Origin: Gaiellales bacterium
GTDB taxonomy: Bacteria > Actinomycetota > Thermoleophilia > Gaiellales > F1-60-MAGs149
Direction: 5' to 3'
DNA: 41,614 nucleotides
Assembly (NCBI GenBank): GCA_049433345.1
Contig: JBMTER010000002.1
Span: 1-41,614 of the forward strand
The translations under genes were made by a program, and so were the position numbers. Shown piece by piece: positions 1 to 9,280 of the stretch; position 1 is the first letter of the stretch; the number at the start of each line of letters is the position of its first letter. The notes below the pieces were generated by a model. It saw only the letters and a list, made by a program, of their open reading frames with translations, searched no databases and was not told where the DNA came from.

Positions 1-30
1 CCCCCCGCCCCGACCAGGAGGTCACGCGCG

Positions 31-519
31 ATGGCTGCCATCTCCGAGACGCCACTCCCCGGCATCGGCGTGCGGCTCGAGTTCACGACGCAGGGCGGTC
101 AGGCGCTCGGCGTGGTCGTGCGCCGTGATGGCGACCGCGACCTGCTCGTCTACAGCCGCGAGGACCCCGACGCCTGCAAACTCACCCTGCATCTCGAGCC
201 GGAGGACGTCTCGGCGCTCGTCGATGCCCTGGGCGGCTCGGCGGTGGTGGCGCGCCAGCAGGAGTCGCTGCGCCAGTCGCTTGAGGGCATCGATCTCGAG
301 TGGGTGCAGATCCCCGAGGGCGGGGCGGCGGCGGGCCACACGATCGCCGAGAGCGCGCTGCGGCGGAGCACCGGCGCCTCGATCGTCAGCGTGATCCGCG
401 GCGAGCAGGTCGTCACGTCGCCCGCGAGCGACTTGCGGATCGAGGCAGGCGACACCCTCGTGGTGGTCGGCTCCGCGGCGGCGCTCGCACAGGCGCGCTC
501 CGTCCTCGCGGATGCCTGA
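31..519 (+). CDS. RCK_C/TrkA-C domain regulatory protein of a cation:proton antiporter (KhtT/YhaT-like)
   Basis: The ORF is 162 aa, with AGGAGG at 16-21 upstream of ATG 31. The C-terminal half (EGIDLEWVQIPEGGAAAGHTIAESALRRSTGASIVSVIRGEQVVTSPASDLRIEAGDTLVVVG) looks like a TrkA-C gating domain. The stop overlaps the start of the antiporter gene (ATGCCTGA, 512-519). Confidence 0.75.
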   Translation: MAAISETPLPGIGVRLEFTTQGGQALGVVVRRDGDRDLLVYSREDPDACKLTLHLEPEDVSALVDALGGSAVVARQQESLRQSLEGIDLEWVQIPEGGAAAGHTIAESALRRSTGASIVSVIRGEQVVTSPASDLRIEAGDTLVVVGSAAALAQARSVLADA

Positions 520-1666
520 CGCGCTGCCTGTTCTCGCGGGAGCCGGAGCCGCGGCTGGCGTCCTCGCCGCACTCGGCGGGGTCATGCTCGGACTGGCCAT
601 CCTCGGTCGGCTGGCCGGTCGTATCGGTCTGTCGCCGATCCCGCTCTACATCGTGGGGGGCCTGCTCGTGGGCTGGCTCGCCGATCCGTCGATACCCGAG
701 GAGGTCGTCGGTACCGGCGAGGCGGTCGGCATCGTGCTGCTGCTGTTCATGCTCGGCCTCGAGTACACCGGTCAGGATCTGATGGGCAGCCTGCGCACGG
801 GCGTGCGGCCGGGACTCGTCGACCTCGTCCTCAACGCCACCCCAGGCCTCGCGCTGGGCCTCGTGCTCGGCTGGGACCTCACCGCCTGCGTGGCGCTCGC
901 CGGTGCGACGTACATCTCGTCGTCGGGGATCATCGCCAAGCTGCTCGACGACCTCGGACGCCTCGGCAACCGCGAGACGCCCGCCGTCATCGGCGTGCTC
1001 GTGATCGAGGATCTCGTGATGGCCTTCTATCTCCCGCTGCTGGGGGTCCTCGTCGCGGGATCGGCCCTCGCCGCCGCCGCAGGCTCACTGGCCCTCGCGC
1101 TCGCGGTGGCCGTGGCCGCGCTCGCGATCGCCGTGCGCTTCGGACGGCGCCTGTCGCGCGTCGCCGATCACGGCTCCGACGAGGTCCTGCTCCTGACCGT
1201 GCTCGGGGTCGTACTGCTGGTGGCGGGCATTGCCGAGCGGGTCGGCGTCTCGGCCGCGGTCGGCGCGTTCCTCGTCGGCATCGCCCTGTCGGGCTCCGTC
1301 GCGCACCGCGCCGGTGCGCTGATCGCGCCGCTGCGCGACCTCTTCGCCGCGGCGTTCTTCGTGCTGTTCGCGCTGGCGATCGACCTCGGGTCGATCCCCG
1401 CGGTGATCGTCCCGGCGGCGGTCCTCGCCGTCGCCACCGCGGCCACCAAGTACGGCACGGGCTGGTACGCGGCTCGCCGCGCCGGCATCGGCCCGCGCGG
1501 CCGGATCCGCGCGGGCCTGACGCTGGTCGCGCGCGGCGAGTTCTCGATCGTCATCGCGGGTATCGCCGTGGCGGGTGGGGCGACCGGCGCGCTGGGCCCG
1601 CTGGTGGCTACCTACGTCCTGATGCTGGCGCTGGCGGGGCCGCTGCTCGCGCGAGTGGTGCGCTGA
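512..1666 (+). CDS. cation:proton antiporter (CPA2 family, KhtU/KefB-like membrane subunit)
   Basis: The 384-aa ORF is polytopic, hydrophobic and Gly/Ala/Leu-rich, with a Na+/H+-exchanger-like layout. It is translationally coupled to the upstream RCK_C gene. Confidence 0.85.
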   Translation: MPDALPVLAGAGAAAGVLAALGGVMLGLAILGRLAGRIGLSPIPLYIVGGLLVGWLADPSIPEEVVGTGEAVGIVLLLFMLGLEYTGQDLMGSLRTGVRPGLVDLVLNATPGLALGLVLGWDLTACVALAGATYISSSGIIAKLLDDLGRLGNRETPAVIGVLVIEDLVMAFYLPLLGVLVAGSALAAAAGSLALALAVAVAALAIAVRFGRRLSRVADHGSDEVLLLTVLGVVLLVAGIAERVGVSAAVGAFLVGIALSGSVAHRAGALIAPLRDLFAAAFFVLFALAIDLGSIPAVIVPAAVLAVATAATKYGTGWYAARRAGIGPRGRIRAGLTLVARGEFSIVIAGIAVAGGATGALGPLVATYVLMLALAGPLLARVVR

Positions 1667-1704
1667 CGCCGCACGCCAGCAGACATTTCACGGATACTCC
1701 CCGC

Positions 1705-2397
1705 GTGGACGGCTCCCCGCCCGTGGCGACCAGCATGCTCGCGGCCTCCGCGCGTCGGGCCGCGGGCGATGACTCGAAGGCGGCCGAGGCCTACCGGGCG
1801 ATCAAGGACATGATCGTCTCGCTGGAGCTGCCGCCGGCTGCGCTGCTCGACGAGCGCGGCCTCGCGGAGCGGCTCGGCGTCGGCCTGACCCCGGTCCGCC
1901 AGGCCCTGCGCCGGCTCGAGTGGGAGAGCCTGGTGGTGATCCTGCCGCGCCGCGGCACGCTGGTGGCCGACCTCAACGACTCGGACCTCGATCGCATCTA
2001 CGAGATGCGCTCGGTGCTCGAGCCGCAGGCCGCGGCCCTCGCCGCCGAGCGCGGTACCCCGGAGCAGCGCGCCGCCCTCGTCGGCGTGATCGGCCGCATG
2101 CACACGGAGCTCGGCCGCTCTGCTCCGGACCGGCGCGCCCTGATCGCCCTCGATCGCGAGCTGCACCGCGGCATCTGGGCGATGGCGGGCAACGGCATGC
2201 TCGAGCAGACGCTCGAGTGGCTGTTCACGCACGTCCTACGCCGCTGGAACGTGCTGCTCGACCGCTCCGAGGAGCTCGGCAACGTGATGGCCCAGCACGA
2301 GGCCGGCGGCGACGCGATCGGCGCCGGCGACGACCAGGCGGCGCGCGCCGCGATGGCGCGCCACGTGACGGACTACCAGCGCTCGCTGGCCCCGTAG
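1705..2397 (+). CDS. GntR-family transcriptional regulator (FadR/FCD subfamily)
   Basis: The ORF is 230 aa. The winged-helix segment ERGLAERLGVGLTPVRQALRRLEWESLVVILPRRGTLV is typical of GntR, and the C-terminal domain is helical and FCD-like. The start is GTG at 1705, with an alternative ATG at 1735. Confidence 0.85.
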   Translation: MDGSPPVATSMLAASARRAAGDDSKAAEAYRAIKDMIVSLELPPAALLDERGLAERLGVGLTPVRQALRRLEWESLVVILPRRGTLVADLNDSDLDRIYEMRSVLEPQAAALAAERGTPEQRAALVGVIGRMHTELGRSAPDRRALIALDRELHRGIWAMAGNGMLEQTLEWLFTHVLRRWNVLLDRSEELGNVMAQHEAGGDAIGAGDDQAARAAMARHVTDYQRSLAP

Positions 2398-2404
2398 GGA
2401 CGGC

Positions 2405-3532
2405 TCAGCCGGCGAGACGCGCCGCGGCGGGCACGCTGACGGGTGCGTCGTGGAGCAGCCAGTCGCGCACCAGCACCCCGGCGGCCGGGCCGGCCTGGAT
2501 GCCGGAGCCGCCGAAGCCGACCGCCTCGATCACGCCCTCGGCCTCCCGCCGCCAGCCGACGAACGGCTCCATCGACGGCCGGGACGGGTACAGACCCGAC
2601 CAGCCCTCGCCGAGCGCGAGGCCGTCCGCGAGGCCGGGGAAGCGGTCCGCGACCTGCTCGGCGATCTCCTCCAGCACCTCGACCGGCACGCCGCCCGGGA
2701 AGGCCTCCGGATCGGCGGGTGGGTCGAGCACGTCCTCGGCGTGGAGGCCGAGGATCAGCCGGTCGGCGGCCTCGTGGCGCACGTAGGCGCCGAGCCGGCC
2801 GGCGCCCGGCAGGTAGTTCATCACGAAGGGATGCACGTAGCCGAGCGGCGCGGCGAGGTGGGCCTGCACCGCAGAGCGCCGCTGCGGCACGACGTCGCTG
2901 TCGAGCCCGAGCAGGGCGGAGACCGCGGGTGCCCAGGGGCCCGCCGCGTTGACCACCACGTCGGCCGTGCGCGGGCCCTGCGTGGTCTCGAGCCGCCAGA
3001 CGCCACCGCGGCGCTCGGCGGCGGTGACGGCGCAGCGCTCGGTCACGCGGGCCCCGGCCCGGCGCGCCCGCTCGAGCACGGCGACGGTGGCCAGGTGCGG
3101 ATCGACGTAGCCGTCGCTCGGGCTCCACAGCCCGCCCGCCACGTCGTCGACGCGCAGGGCCGGCGCGAGCGCGCGCATCTCGCCCGGGTCGAGCACCCGC
3201 GCGTCGGTGACGCCGAGCTCGCGCTGGTGGCCCGCGCTCGCCCGGAAGGCGGCGAGATCGTCGTCCGTGAATCCGAGCCGCAGGTAGCCGGAGCGCACGA
3301 AGCCGATCCCGGCCTCGGCCTCGAGCTCGTCGAACACGCGGCGCGCCAACACCCGCAGCTCGATCCAGAGGGGGTCCGTGTACTGCGACTCGACGACCCC
3401 GACGGAAAGGCCCGTCGAGCCGCCGGCGATGCGGTCCCGCTCGAGCACCTCGACGTCGACACCGGCCGCCGCCAGGCGGTCGGCGACATGGCAGCCGATC
3501 GAGCCGCCGCCGATCACGATCACCCCGGTCAT
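2405..3532 (-). CDS. FAD-dependent oxidoreductase (DAO family, glycine/sarcosine oxidase-like)
   Basis: An internal ATG of the 601-aa track ORF gives MTGVIVIGGGSIGCHVADRLAAAGVDVEVLERD, a Rossmann GxGxxG FAD fingerprint. The resulting product is 375 aa. The upstream part of the track ORF is antisense to the metallophosphoesterase gene. Confidence 0.85.
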   Translation of the reverse strand: MTGVIVIGGGSIGCHVADRLAAAGVDVEVLERDRIAGGSTGLSVGVVESQYTDPLWIELRVLARRVFDELEAEAGIGFVRSGYLRLGFTDDDLAAFRASAGHQRELGVTDARVLDPGEMRALAPALRVDDVAGGLWSPSDGYVDPHLATVAVLERARRAGARVTERCAVTAAERRGGVWRLETTQGPRTADVVVNAAGPWAPAVSALLGLDSDVVPQRRSAVQAHLAAPLGYVHPFVMNYLPGAGRLGAYVRHEAADRLILGLHAEDVLDPPADPEAFPGGVPVEVLEEIAEQVADRFPGLADGLALGEGWSGLYPSRPSMEPFVGWRREAEGVIEAVGFGGSGIQAGPAAGVLVRDWLLHDAPVSVPAAARLAG

Positions 3533-3589
3533 GGCCGCAGTATCGCGGCCTTCACCACCTCGCGGACCGAGGTGCCCTACGCTCGCGGT

Positions 3590-4258
3590 GTGCGGGAAGC
3601 GGTGCTGTTCGACATCCACGGCAACGTGGACGCCCTCGAGGCCGTGCTGGCGGATGCGGAGCGCGCCGGCTGCGCCGGCCTCGTGCTCGGCGGCGACTAC
3701 GCGCTCCTCGGGCCGGCGCCCGACGACTGCGTCGACCTTCTGCGTGGGCACCCGTGGCCCGTGACCGCGATCCGCGGCAACACGGACCGCATGATCGCGG
3801 CAGGCGGCGACCCGGTCTCCGACTGGGCGGCCGACCGACTCGGCCCCGAGCGCGTGGCGTGGCTCGGCGGCCTGCCCGAGCGCGTCGCCCTGCCCGCGCA
3901 CGACGCCCTGCTCGTGCACGCCAGCCCGCGCGACGACGAGGAGCGGCTGACGCCCGAGACCGCGGATGCCGTCGCCGAGGCGATGCTCGCCGGCGTCTCC
4001 CAGGCGACGCTGCTGTGCGGGCACGTCCACATCCAGTACCGGCGCCCGGTCGGTGCGATCGAGGTCGTCAACCCGGGCTCGGTCGGCTTCCCGTTCGACG
4101 GCGACCCCACCGCGGGGTGGGCGATCGTCGAGGACGGCGCGGTCGAGCTGCGGCGCACCCCGTACGACGTCGAGCGGGCGCTCGCCCGCATCGCGGGGCT
4201 CGCCTCGCACCCCGAGCGGGCCCTGGCCGACCGGCGCCTGCGCACGGCTCGCGCCTGA
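3590..4258 (+). CDS. metallophosphoesterase family protein (YfcE/MJ0936-like)
   Basis: The C-terminal 222 aa of the 602-aa track ORF, from GTG 3590, carry the motifs DIHGN, GDY, GNTD and GHVH followed by NPGSVG. Confidence 0.8.
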   Translation: MREAVLFDIHGNVDALEAVLADAERAGCAGLVLGGDYALLGPAPDDCVDLLRGHPWPVTAIRGNTDRMIAAGGDPVSDWAADRLGPERVAWLGGLPERVALPAHDALLVHASPRDDEERLTPETADAVAEAMLAGVSQATLLCGHVHIQYRRPVGAIEVVNPGSVGFPFDGDPTAGWAIVEDGAVELRRTPYDVERALARIAGLASHPERALADRRLRTARA

Positions 4259-4283
4259 CGCCGCCCGGCATCATGGGCGGGAC

Positions 4284-4478
4284 GTGATCACGCTCCCCGA
4301 CACGTCCACCTTCGAGTCGCTGGGCATCAACTGGCCCGGCCTCGTGCTGGTCGTCGTGGGCGCCGTGCTCGCCGGCCTATCCGCCACGCGTCGAACGCGT
4401 ACCCCTCAGGCCCCGTCGCCGAGCAGCGCTTCGCCCGCACGGTCGCGCCTGCGCCCGACCTCGAACGCCCCTAGATGA
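4284..4478 (+). CDS. hypothetical small membrane protein (64 aa, tentative)
   Basis: A GTG start is in frame with the tail of track ORF 3966-4478. There is one hydrophobic span (WPGLVLVVVGAVLAGL) and third codon positions are almost all G/C. The 3' end overlaps the convergent carbonic anhydrase gene by 8 nt. No homolog was recognised. Confidence 0.25.
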   Translation: MITLPDTSTFESLGINWPGLVLVVVGAVLAGLSATRRTRTPQAPSPSSASPARSRLRPTSNAPR

Positions 4479-5082
4479 CGCCGGCGTGGGGGACCACGCG
4501 CTCCTCGAGCACCGTCACGAGCCGCGTGCGCGGCGAGTAGCGCAGCACGCACAGCTGGGCGTCGCCCTCGACGATCGACTTGCGCAGCGACGGGCACTCC
4601 GTGATCAGGGCCTGGGCCGTGACGCGGGCGTTGACGTCGATCGCGTGGTCGAAGTCGTTCGCGCCGCCCGCCCGGTAGAGGCCGGCGGCGAGCGCACCCG
4701 TCAAGGGGGCGAGGGCGAGGTTCGGGGGCTCGCCCGTCGTGAACTCGTCGTAGGCGGCGTGCACGGCGCGGCAGTCCTCGTGGGCGAGCACGATCGCCAG
4801 GCGCGTGCCGAGCGCCGTCATCGCGAAGCCGAGGGCGGAGGCGACGGGGATGTCGACGTACTGGCCGGGCAGCCGCACCGTGAAGATCGCGCCGGCCGCC
4901 GCCCCGAGGACCGCGGCCGGCGGCACGCGCGCGTCCGAGCAGCCGATAACGGCCACGGGCGGCTCGTGCTCGAGCGGATCGGCGGGCGCGCCGAGCAGGT
5001 CGCGCTCCGTGGACCCCGCGGCCCAGCGCGCGTTGCCGGCGAGGACGCGTTCGAGCAGTTCGGGTGCCGTCAGGCGGTCCAC
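4471..5082 (-). CDS. beta-class carbonic anhydrase
   Basis: The ORF is 203 aa with a GTG start. The zinc-ligand motifs CSDARVP (CxDxR) and HEDCRAV (HxxC) are present at the expected spacing. Confidence 0.8.
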   Translation of the reverse strand: MDRLTAPELLERVLAGNARWAAGSTERDLLGAPADPLEHEPPVAVIGCSDARVPPAAVLGAAAGAIFTVRLPGQYVDIPVASALGFAMTALGTRLAIVLAHEDCRAVHAAYDEFTTGEPPNLALAPLTGALAAGLYRAGGANDFDHAIDVNARVTAQALITECPSLRKSIVEGDAQLCVLRYSPRTRLVTVLEERVVPHAGVI

Positions 5083-5137
5083 GTCGAGGAGCGTAGGGAT
5101 GGCATCGGGAGCCGGCGGGGACGGACCGGTGAAGGCG

Positions 5138-5593
5138 CTACGCCTCCGCCAGCCATTCCCGGTAGACGGACTGGTCGCGGCGGTCGGCGATGCCCATGTT
5201 GACGAGCTTGTGGGTGATCACGCCGTCCTCGTCGATCAGGAACGTGCCGCGCATGCAGGTGCCCCAGTCCTCGTCGAAGACGCCGTACGCCTTGGAGACC
5301 TCGCCGTGCGGCCAGAAGTCCGCGAGGAAGCGGCCGTTCGCGCCGAGCTGCTCCTTGTAGGCCTTGCGGATCGGCCACGCGTCGCAGGCGATGTTGAGGA
5401 TCTCGACGCCGTCGGGCACGAGGCTGTGATCGTCGCGCAGCTCGCAGATCTCGCCCTCGCAGATCTCCGTGTACGAGAACGGGTGGAAGAACAGCAGCAC
5501 CTTCTGCTTGCCGCGGTAGTCGGACAGGGTGACGCGCTGGTCGTAGTCCTCCAGCAGGCTGAAGTCGGGGGCGATGTCGCCGATCTCGGGCAT
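5138..5593 (-). CDS. peroxiredoxin (AhpE-like 1-Cys / AhpC-TSA family)
   Basis: A 151-aa product starts at MPEIGDIAPDFSL. It carries the PxxxTxxC motif (PFSYTEIC) and resembles mycobacterial AhpE (DFWPHGEVSKAYGVF...RGTFLID). A GGAGGAG RBS lies upstream. Confidence 0.85.
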   Translation of the reverse strand: MPEIGDIAPDFSLLEDYDQRVTLSDYRGKQKVLLFFHPFSYTEICEGEICELRDDHSLVPDGVEILNIACDAWPIRKAYKEQLGANGRFLADFWPHGEVSKAYGVFDEDWGTCMRGTFLIDEDGVITHKLVNMGIADRRDQSVYREWLAEA

Positions 5594-5636
5594 GGTCGGA
5601 GCTCCTCCGGGGTGGGGGTCACCCGGGGGATTCGCG

Positions 5637-5674
5637 CCGGGGGCGGAAATCGCCGAGTCGCGTCGCGCCCCCGG
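5637..5674 (-). terminator. candidate stem-loop between the rarA stop and the peroxiredoxin start
   Basis: There is a perfect 9-bp inverted repeat, CCGGGGGCG (5637-5645) and CGCCCCCGG (5666-5674), with a 20-nt loop. No U-tract follows. Confidence 0.3.
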
Positions 5675-5678
5675 GGCC

Positions 5679-6936
5679 CTACGGGGTGTCTCCGCGCTGC
5701 ACGCGCAGCTGCTCGAGGATCTCCCCGAGGCGCGCCTCGAAGCCGATCGCGGTCGGCTCGTAGAAGCGCAGGTGCTCGAGGCCCTCGGGCAGATGGCGCT
5801 GGCCGGGGGCGACGCCGCCCTCGGCGTGCGGGTAGCGGTAGCCGACGCCGCGGCCGAGGGCCTTGGCGCCCGAGTGCGAGCCGTCGCGGAGGTGGTCGGG
5901 CGGGATGCGCGTGCCGTGCTCGCGGACGGCGGCGCGGGCCGCATCGCCGGCCGCGTAGGCGGCGTTCGACTTGGGGGCGAGGGCGAGGTAGGTGACGCAC
6001 TGGGCGAGCGGGATGCGGCCCTCGGGCATGCCGATCTCCTGCACGGCCTGCTGGGTGGCGACGGCGAGGGGGAGGGCGCGCGGGTCGGCGTTGCCGACGT
6101 CCTCCGCGGCGAAGACGATCATCCGCCGAGCGACGTAGCGGGGATCCTCGCCGCCCTCGAGCATCGTGTGCATCCACCACAGCGCGGCGTCGGGGTCGGA
6201 GCCGCGCAGGCTCTTGATGAAGGCCGAGATCGCGTCGTAGTGCAGGTCGCCCTCGCGGTCGTAGCGGATCGGGATCCGCCCGACCTGCTCGACGACGGCG
6301 AGGGTGACGGGCGCGGCGGGGTCGGGGCGGGCCGCGGCGGCCGTCTCGACGAGCGCGAGGGCGGCGCGGCCGTCGCCGTCGGCCGAGCCCCGCGGCGCCG
6401 CGGTCGACGAGCGCGCCGAGGTCCGCGGGGTCGAGGCCGCGCAGCTCGTGGAGGGTGCAGCGCGACAGGAGCGCCGCGATCACCCCGACGTGCGGGCTCT
6501 CGGTGGTCGCGCCGATCAGGATGATCAGCCCCGATTCGACGAGCGGCAGCAGGCTGTCCTGCTGGGCCTTCGTGAAGCGGTGGATCTCGTCGAGGAAGAG
6601 GATCGTGCGGCGGCCGTCCGCGAGCCGGTCGCGGGCGCGCTCGGTGACGGCGCGCACGTCGGCCTTGCCGGCGTCGACGGCGCTCAGCTCCTCGAAGGAG
6701 GCGCCCGTGCGGGCGGCGACGATGCGGGCCAGGGTCGTCTTGCCGGTGCCCGGCGGCCCGAACAGGATCATCGAGCCGACGCGGTCCTCCTCGATCGCGC
6801 GACGCAGCGGCGTGCCCGGCCCGATCAGCGCCGCCTGCCCGACCATCGCGTCGAGGTCGTCGGGGCGCAGCCGCTCGGGCAGGGGCGCCACCAGGCGGCG
6901 GTGGTCGTCGGCGGCGCTCGCGAACAGATCGTCCAT
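5679..6936 (-). pseudogene. rarA: replication-associated recombination protein A (RarA/MgsA), reading frame interrupted near 6380-6400
   Basis: The N-terminal AAA+ part (GPPGTGKTTLA, FLDEIHRF, through ...LVDRGAAGLG) lies in the frame of track ORF 5236-6957. The C-terminal part (DGDGRAALALVE...IRYDREGDLHYDAISAFIKSLRGSDPDAALWWMHTMLEGGEDPRYVARR...) lies in the frame of ORF 5679-6173. Confidence 0.8.
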
Positions 6937-7001
6937 GGTCGCCACAGGCTCGCGCACCGGCCCCCGCGCGGCAAGGGGGGCTCGGGTAGGCTGACGCCCT
7001 G

Positions 7002-7289
7002 ATGGGCGAGACCTCGGAGATGCTGCCGATCTGGATCGGCCTCGGCGTCTTCATGGCGCTGCCGTTCATGGCCCTCGCCGCCTTCATCCGGCAGGTCTGG
7101 TTCCCGGTCGCGTTCGCGCTCGTCGGCTCGGCGATCTGGATCTACGGCCTCGGCCTCGGCGGCTATCTGGCCGCCGCCCTCGGCGGCGTCGTCGGGGCCC
7201 TCGTCGGCCACCTCATCTACCGTCGACGCGCCGCGCGCGGGGCGATCTTCCGCCACCACCCCGATCCGAAGCCCGGAGGCCGAGAGTGA
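7002..7289 (+). CDS. hypothetical small membrane protein
   Basis: The ORF is 95 aa with two or three hydrophobic spans and very high GC3. Its stop overlaps the tkt GTG start (GTGA at 7286-7289). Confidence 0.6.
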   Translation: MGETSEMLPIWIGLGVFMALPFMALAAFIRQVWFPVAFALVGSAIWIYGLGLGGYLAAALGGVVGALVGHLIYRRRAARGAIFRHHPDPKPGGRE

Positions 7290-9280
7290 CCGACATCGCC
7301 GAGCGCTCGATCACCACCATCCGCACGCTCGCGATGGACGGCGTCCAGCAGGCCAACTCGGGCCATCCGGGCACGGCGATGGCGCTCGCGCCGATCGCGT
7401 ACCTCTACTACCGCGAGTACCTGCGCCACGACCCGACCGACCCGCACTGGCCGGGCCGCGACCGCTTCGTGCTCTCGCCCGGGCATGCCTGCATCCTCCA
7501 GTACGCCGCGCTGCACCTCGCGGGCTACGGCGTCTCGCTCGACGACCTGAAGGCGTTCCGGCAGTGGGGATCCTTGACGCCGGGCCACCCCGAGGCGGGT
7601 CACACGCCCGGCATCGAGACCACCACGGGCCCGCTCGGGCAGGGCATCGGCAACGCCGTCGGCTTCGCGCTCGCGGAGCGCATGCTGGCGGAGCGCTACA
7701 ACCGGCCCGGCCATGAGGTGATCGACCACAACGTGTTCGGCATCTGCTCGGACGGCGACCTGATGGAGGGCGTCGCCCACGAGGCCGCGTCGCTCGCCGG
7801 CCACCTCGGCCTCGGCAAGCTCACGTTCGTCTACGACGACAACCGCATCACCATCGAGGGCGACACGGGCCTCGCCTTCTCCGAGGACGTCGCGGCGCGC
7901 TTCCAGTCGCTCGGCTGGCACGTGCAGCGCCTCGACGACGGCTGGTCGCTCGACGACGTGCGCCGCGCCCTCGACCAGGCCGCGGCGGAGACGGCGAAGC
8001 CGTCCCTGATCGTGCTGCGCACCCACATCGCCCCGGGCGCCCCGACCAAGCAGGACACGGCGGAGGCGCATGGCGCGCCCCTCGGCGAGGAGGAGATCCG
8101 CCAGACGAAGGCCGTCTACGGCTGGCCCGAGGACGCGCAGTTCCTGGTGCCGGACGAGGTCGCCGCGCACATGGACGGCACGGCGCGCGGCCGCGAGCTC
8201 AAGGCCGCATGGCAGGAGCGGATGGACGCCTACCGGGCCGCCCACCCCGACCTCGCCGCCGAGCTCGAGCGCGTGCTCGCGGGCGAGCTGCCCGACGGCT
8301 GGGACGCCGACCTGCCCGCCTTCGACGCCGCCGAGAAGGGCGTCGCCTCGCGGGTCGCGTCCGGCAAGGCGATCAACGCACTCGCCGCCCGCATCCCCGA
8401 GCTCGTCGGCGGCTCCGCCGACCTCGCCCCGTCGAACAACACCCACATCGCCGACGGCCTCAGCGTCTCGGCGCGGGACTTCGGCGGGCGCAACCTGCAC
8501 TTCGGGATCCGCGAGCACGGCATGGGCGCGATCCTCAACGGGATGGCCCTGCACGGCGGCTTCCGCGTGTTCGGGGCGACGTTCCTCGTCTTCTCGGATT
8601 ACATGCGCGGCGCGGTGCGCCTGTCGGCGCTCTCGCACATCCCCGTCACGTACGTCTGGACGCACGACTCCGTGTACGTCGGCGAGGACGGCCCGACGCA
8701 CCAGCCGGTCGAGCACCTGATGGCGCTGCGCGTGATCCCCAACCTCGTCGTGCTGCGTCCCTGCGACGCGAACGAGACCGTGGAGGCGTGGCGCTACGCG
8801 CAGACGCATCGCTCGGGCCCCGTCGCGATCGTCCTCACCCGCCAGAACCTTCCGACCCTCGACCGCGCGGCGCTCGCGCCGGCCGCCGATCTCGCGCGCG
8901 GCGCCTACGTGCTCGCCGATGCCGACGGCGGCCAGCCGGACGCGATCGTGATCGCCACCGGCTCCGAGGTCGCGGGCGCGCTCGCCGCGCGCGAGCTCCT
9001 CGCCGCCGAGGGCGTCGGGGTGCGCGTCGTGTCGATGCCCTCCTGGGAGCTGTTCGAGGCGCAGGACGCCGCCTACCGCGAGTCCGTGCTGCCCGCCGCC
9101 GTCACGCGCCGCGTCTCGTACGAGGCCGGCGTGACCCAGGGCTGGGAGCGCTGGGTGGGCCTCGGCGGCGCCTGCGTCGGCATCGACCGCTTCGGCGCGT
9201 CGGCGCCGGGCGGTACGGTCGCCAAGGAGCTCGGGATGACGCCCGAGGCGGTGGCGGAGGCGGTGCGGCGCCTCGGCTGA
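7286..9280 (+). CDS. tkt: transketolase
   Basis: The 664-aa product starts [29 protein letters not shown] and has [14 protein letters not shown] (ThDP binding), so it is full-length transketolase. Confidence 0.95.
   Translation: MTDIAERSITTIRTLAMDGVQQANSGHPGTAMALAPIAYLYYREYLRHDPTDPHWPGRDRFVLSPGHACILQYAALHLAGYGVSLDDLKAFRQWGSLTPGHPEAGHTPGIETTTGPLGQGIGNAVGFALAERMLAERYNRPGHEVIDHNVFGICSDGDLMEGVAHEAASLAGHLGLGKLTFVYDDNRITIEGDTGLAFSEDVAARFQSLGWHVQRLDDGWSLDDVRRALDQAAAETAKPSLIVLRTHIAPGAPTKQDTAEAHGAPLGEEEIRQTKAVYGWPEDAQFLVPDEVAAHMDGTARGRELKAAWQERMDAYRAAHPDLAAELERVLAGELPDGWDADLPAFDAAEKGVASRVASGKAINALAARIPELVGGSADLAPSNNTHIADGLSVSARDFGGRNLHFGIREHGMGAILNGMALHGGFRVFGATFLVFSDYMRGAVRLSALSHIPVTYVWTHDSVYVGEDGPTHQPVEHLMALRVIPNLVVLRPCDANETVEAWRYAQTHRSGPVAIVLTRQNLPTLDRAALAPAADLARGAYVLADADGGQPDAIVIATGSEVAGALAARELLAAEGVGVRVVSMPSWELFEAQDAAYRESVLPAAVTRRVSYEAGVTQGWERWVGLGGACVGIDRFGASAPGGTVAKELGMTPEAVAEAVRRLG

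Noticed and set aside
512-519. An identical 8-nt start/stop overlap, ATGCCTGA, occurs at 512-519 (khtT/khtU-like pair) and at 15691-15698 (nuoE/nuoF).
   Set aside because: The motif is short, and it arises naturally from an ATG-CCT-GA(G/C) start overlapping a ..GCC-TGA stop. I judged it a coincidence.
1920-4258. There are long alternative-frame and antisense ORFs here, for example 1920-2786 (+), 2373-3128 (-) and the N-terminal 380 aa of 2450-4258 (+).
   Set aside because: Their translations are Arg/Pro/Ala/Gly-rich and low in complexity. They overlap clearly homologous genes (GntR, FAD oxidoreductase). Stop-poor shadow frames like these are typical of DNA above 70% G+C.
6120-6481. While hand-indexing this block I got a 1-nt offset between my base counting and the ORF-track coordinates.
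   Set aside because: I treated this as my own counting uncertainty, because the track is internally consistent and back in register at 6490 and 7002. Coordinates in this block follow the ORF track and may be off by 1 nt.
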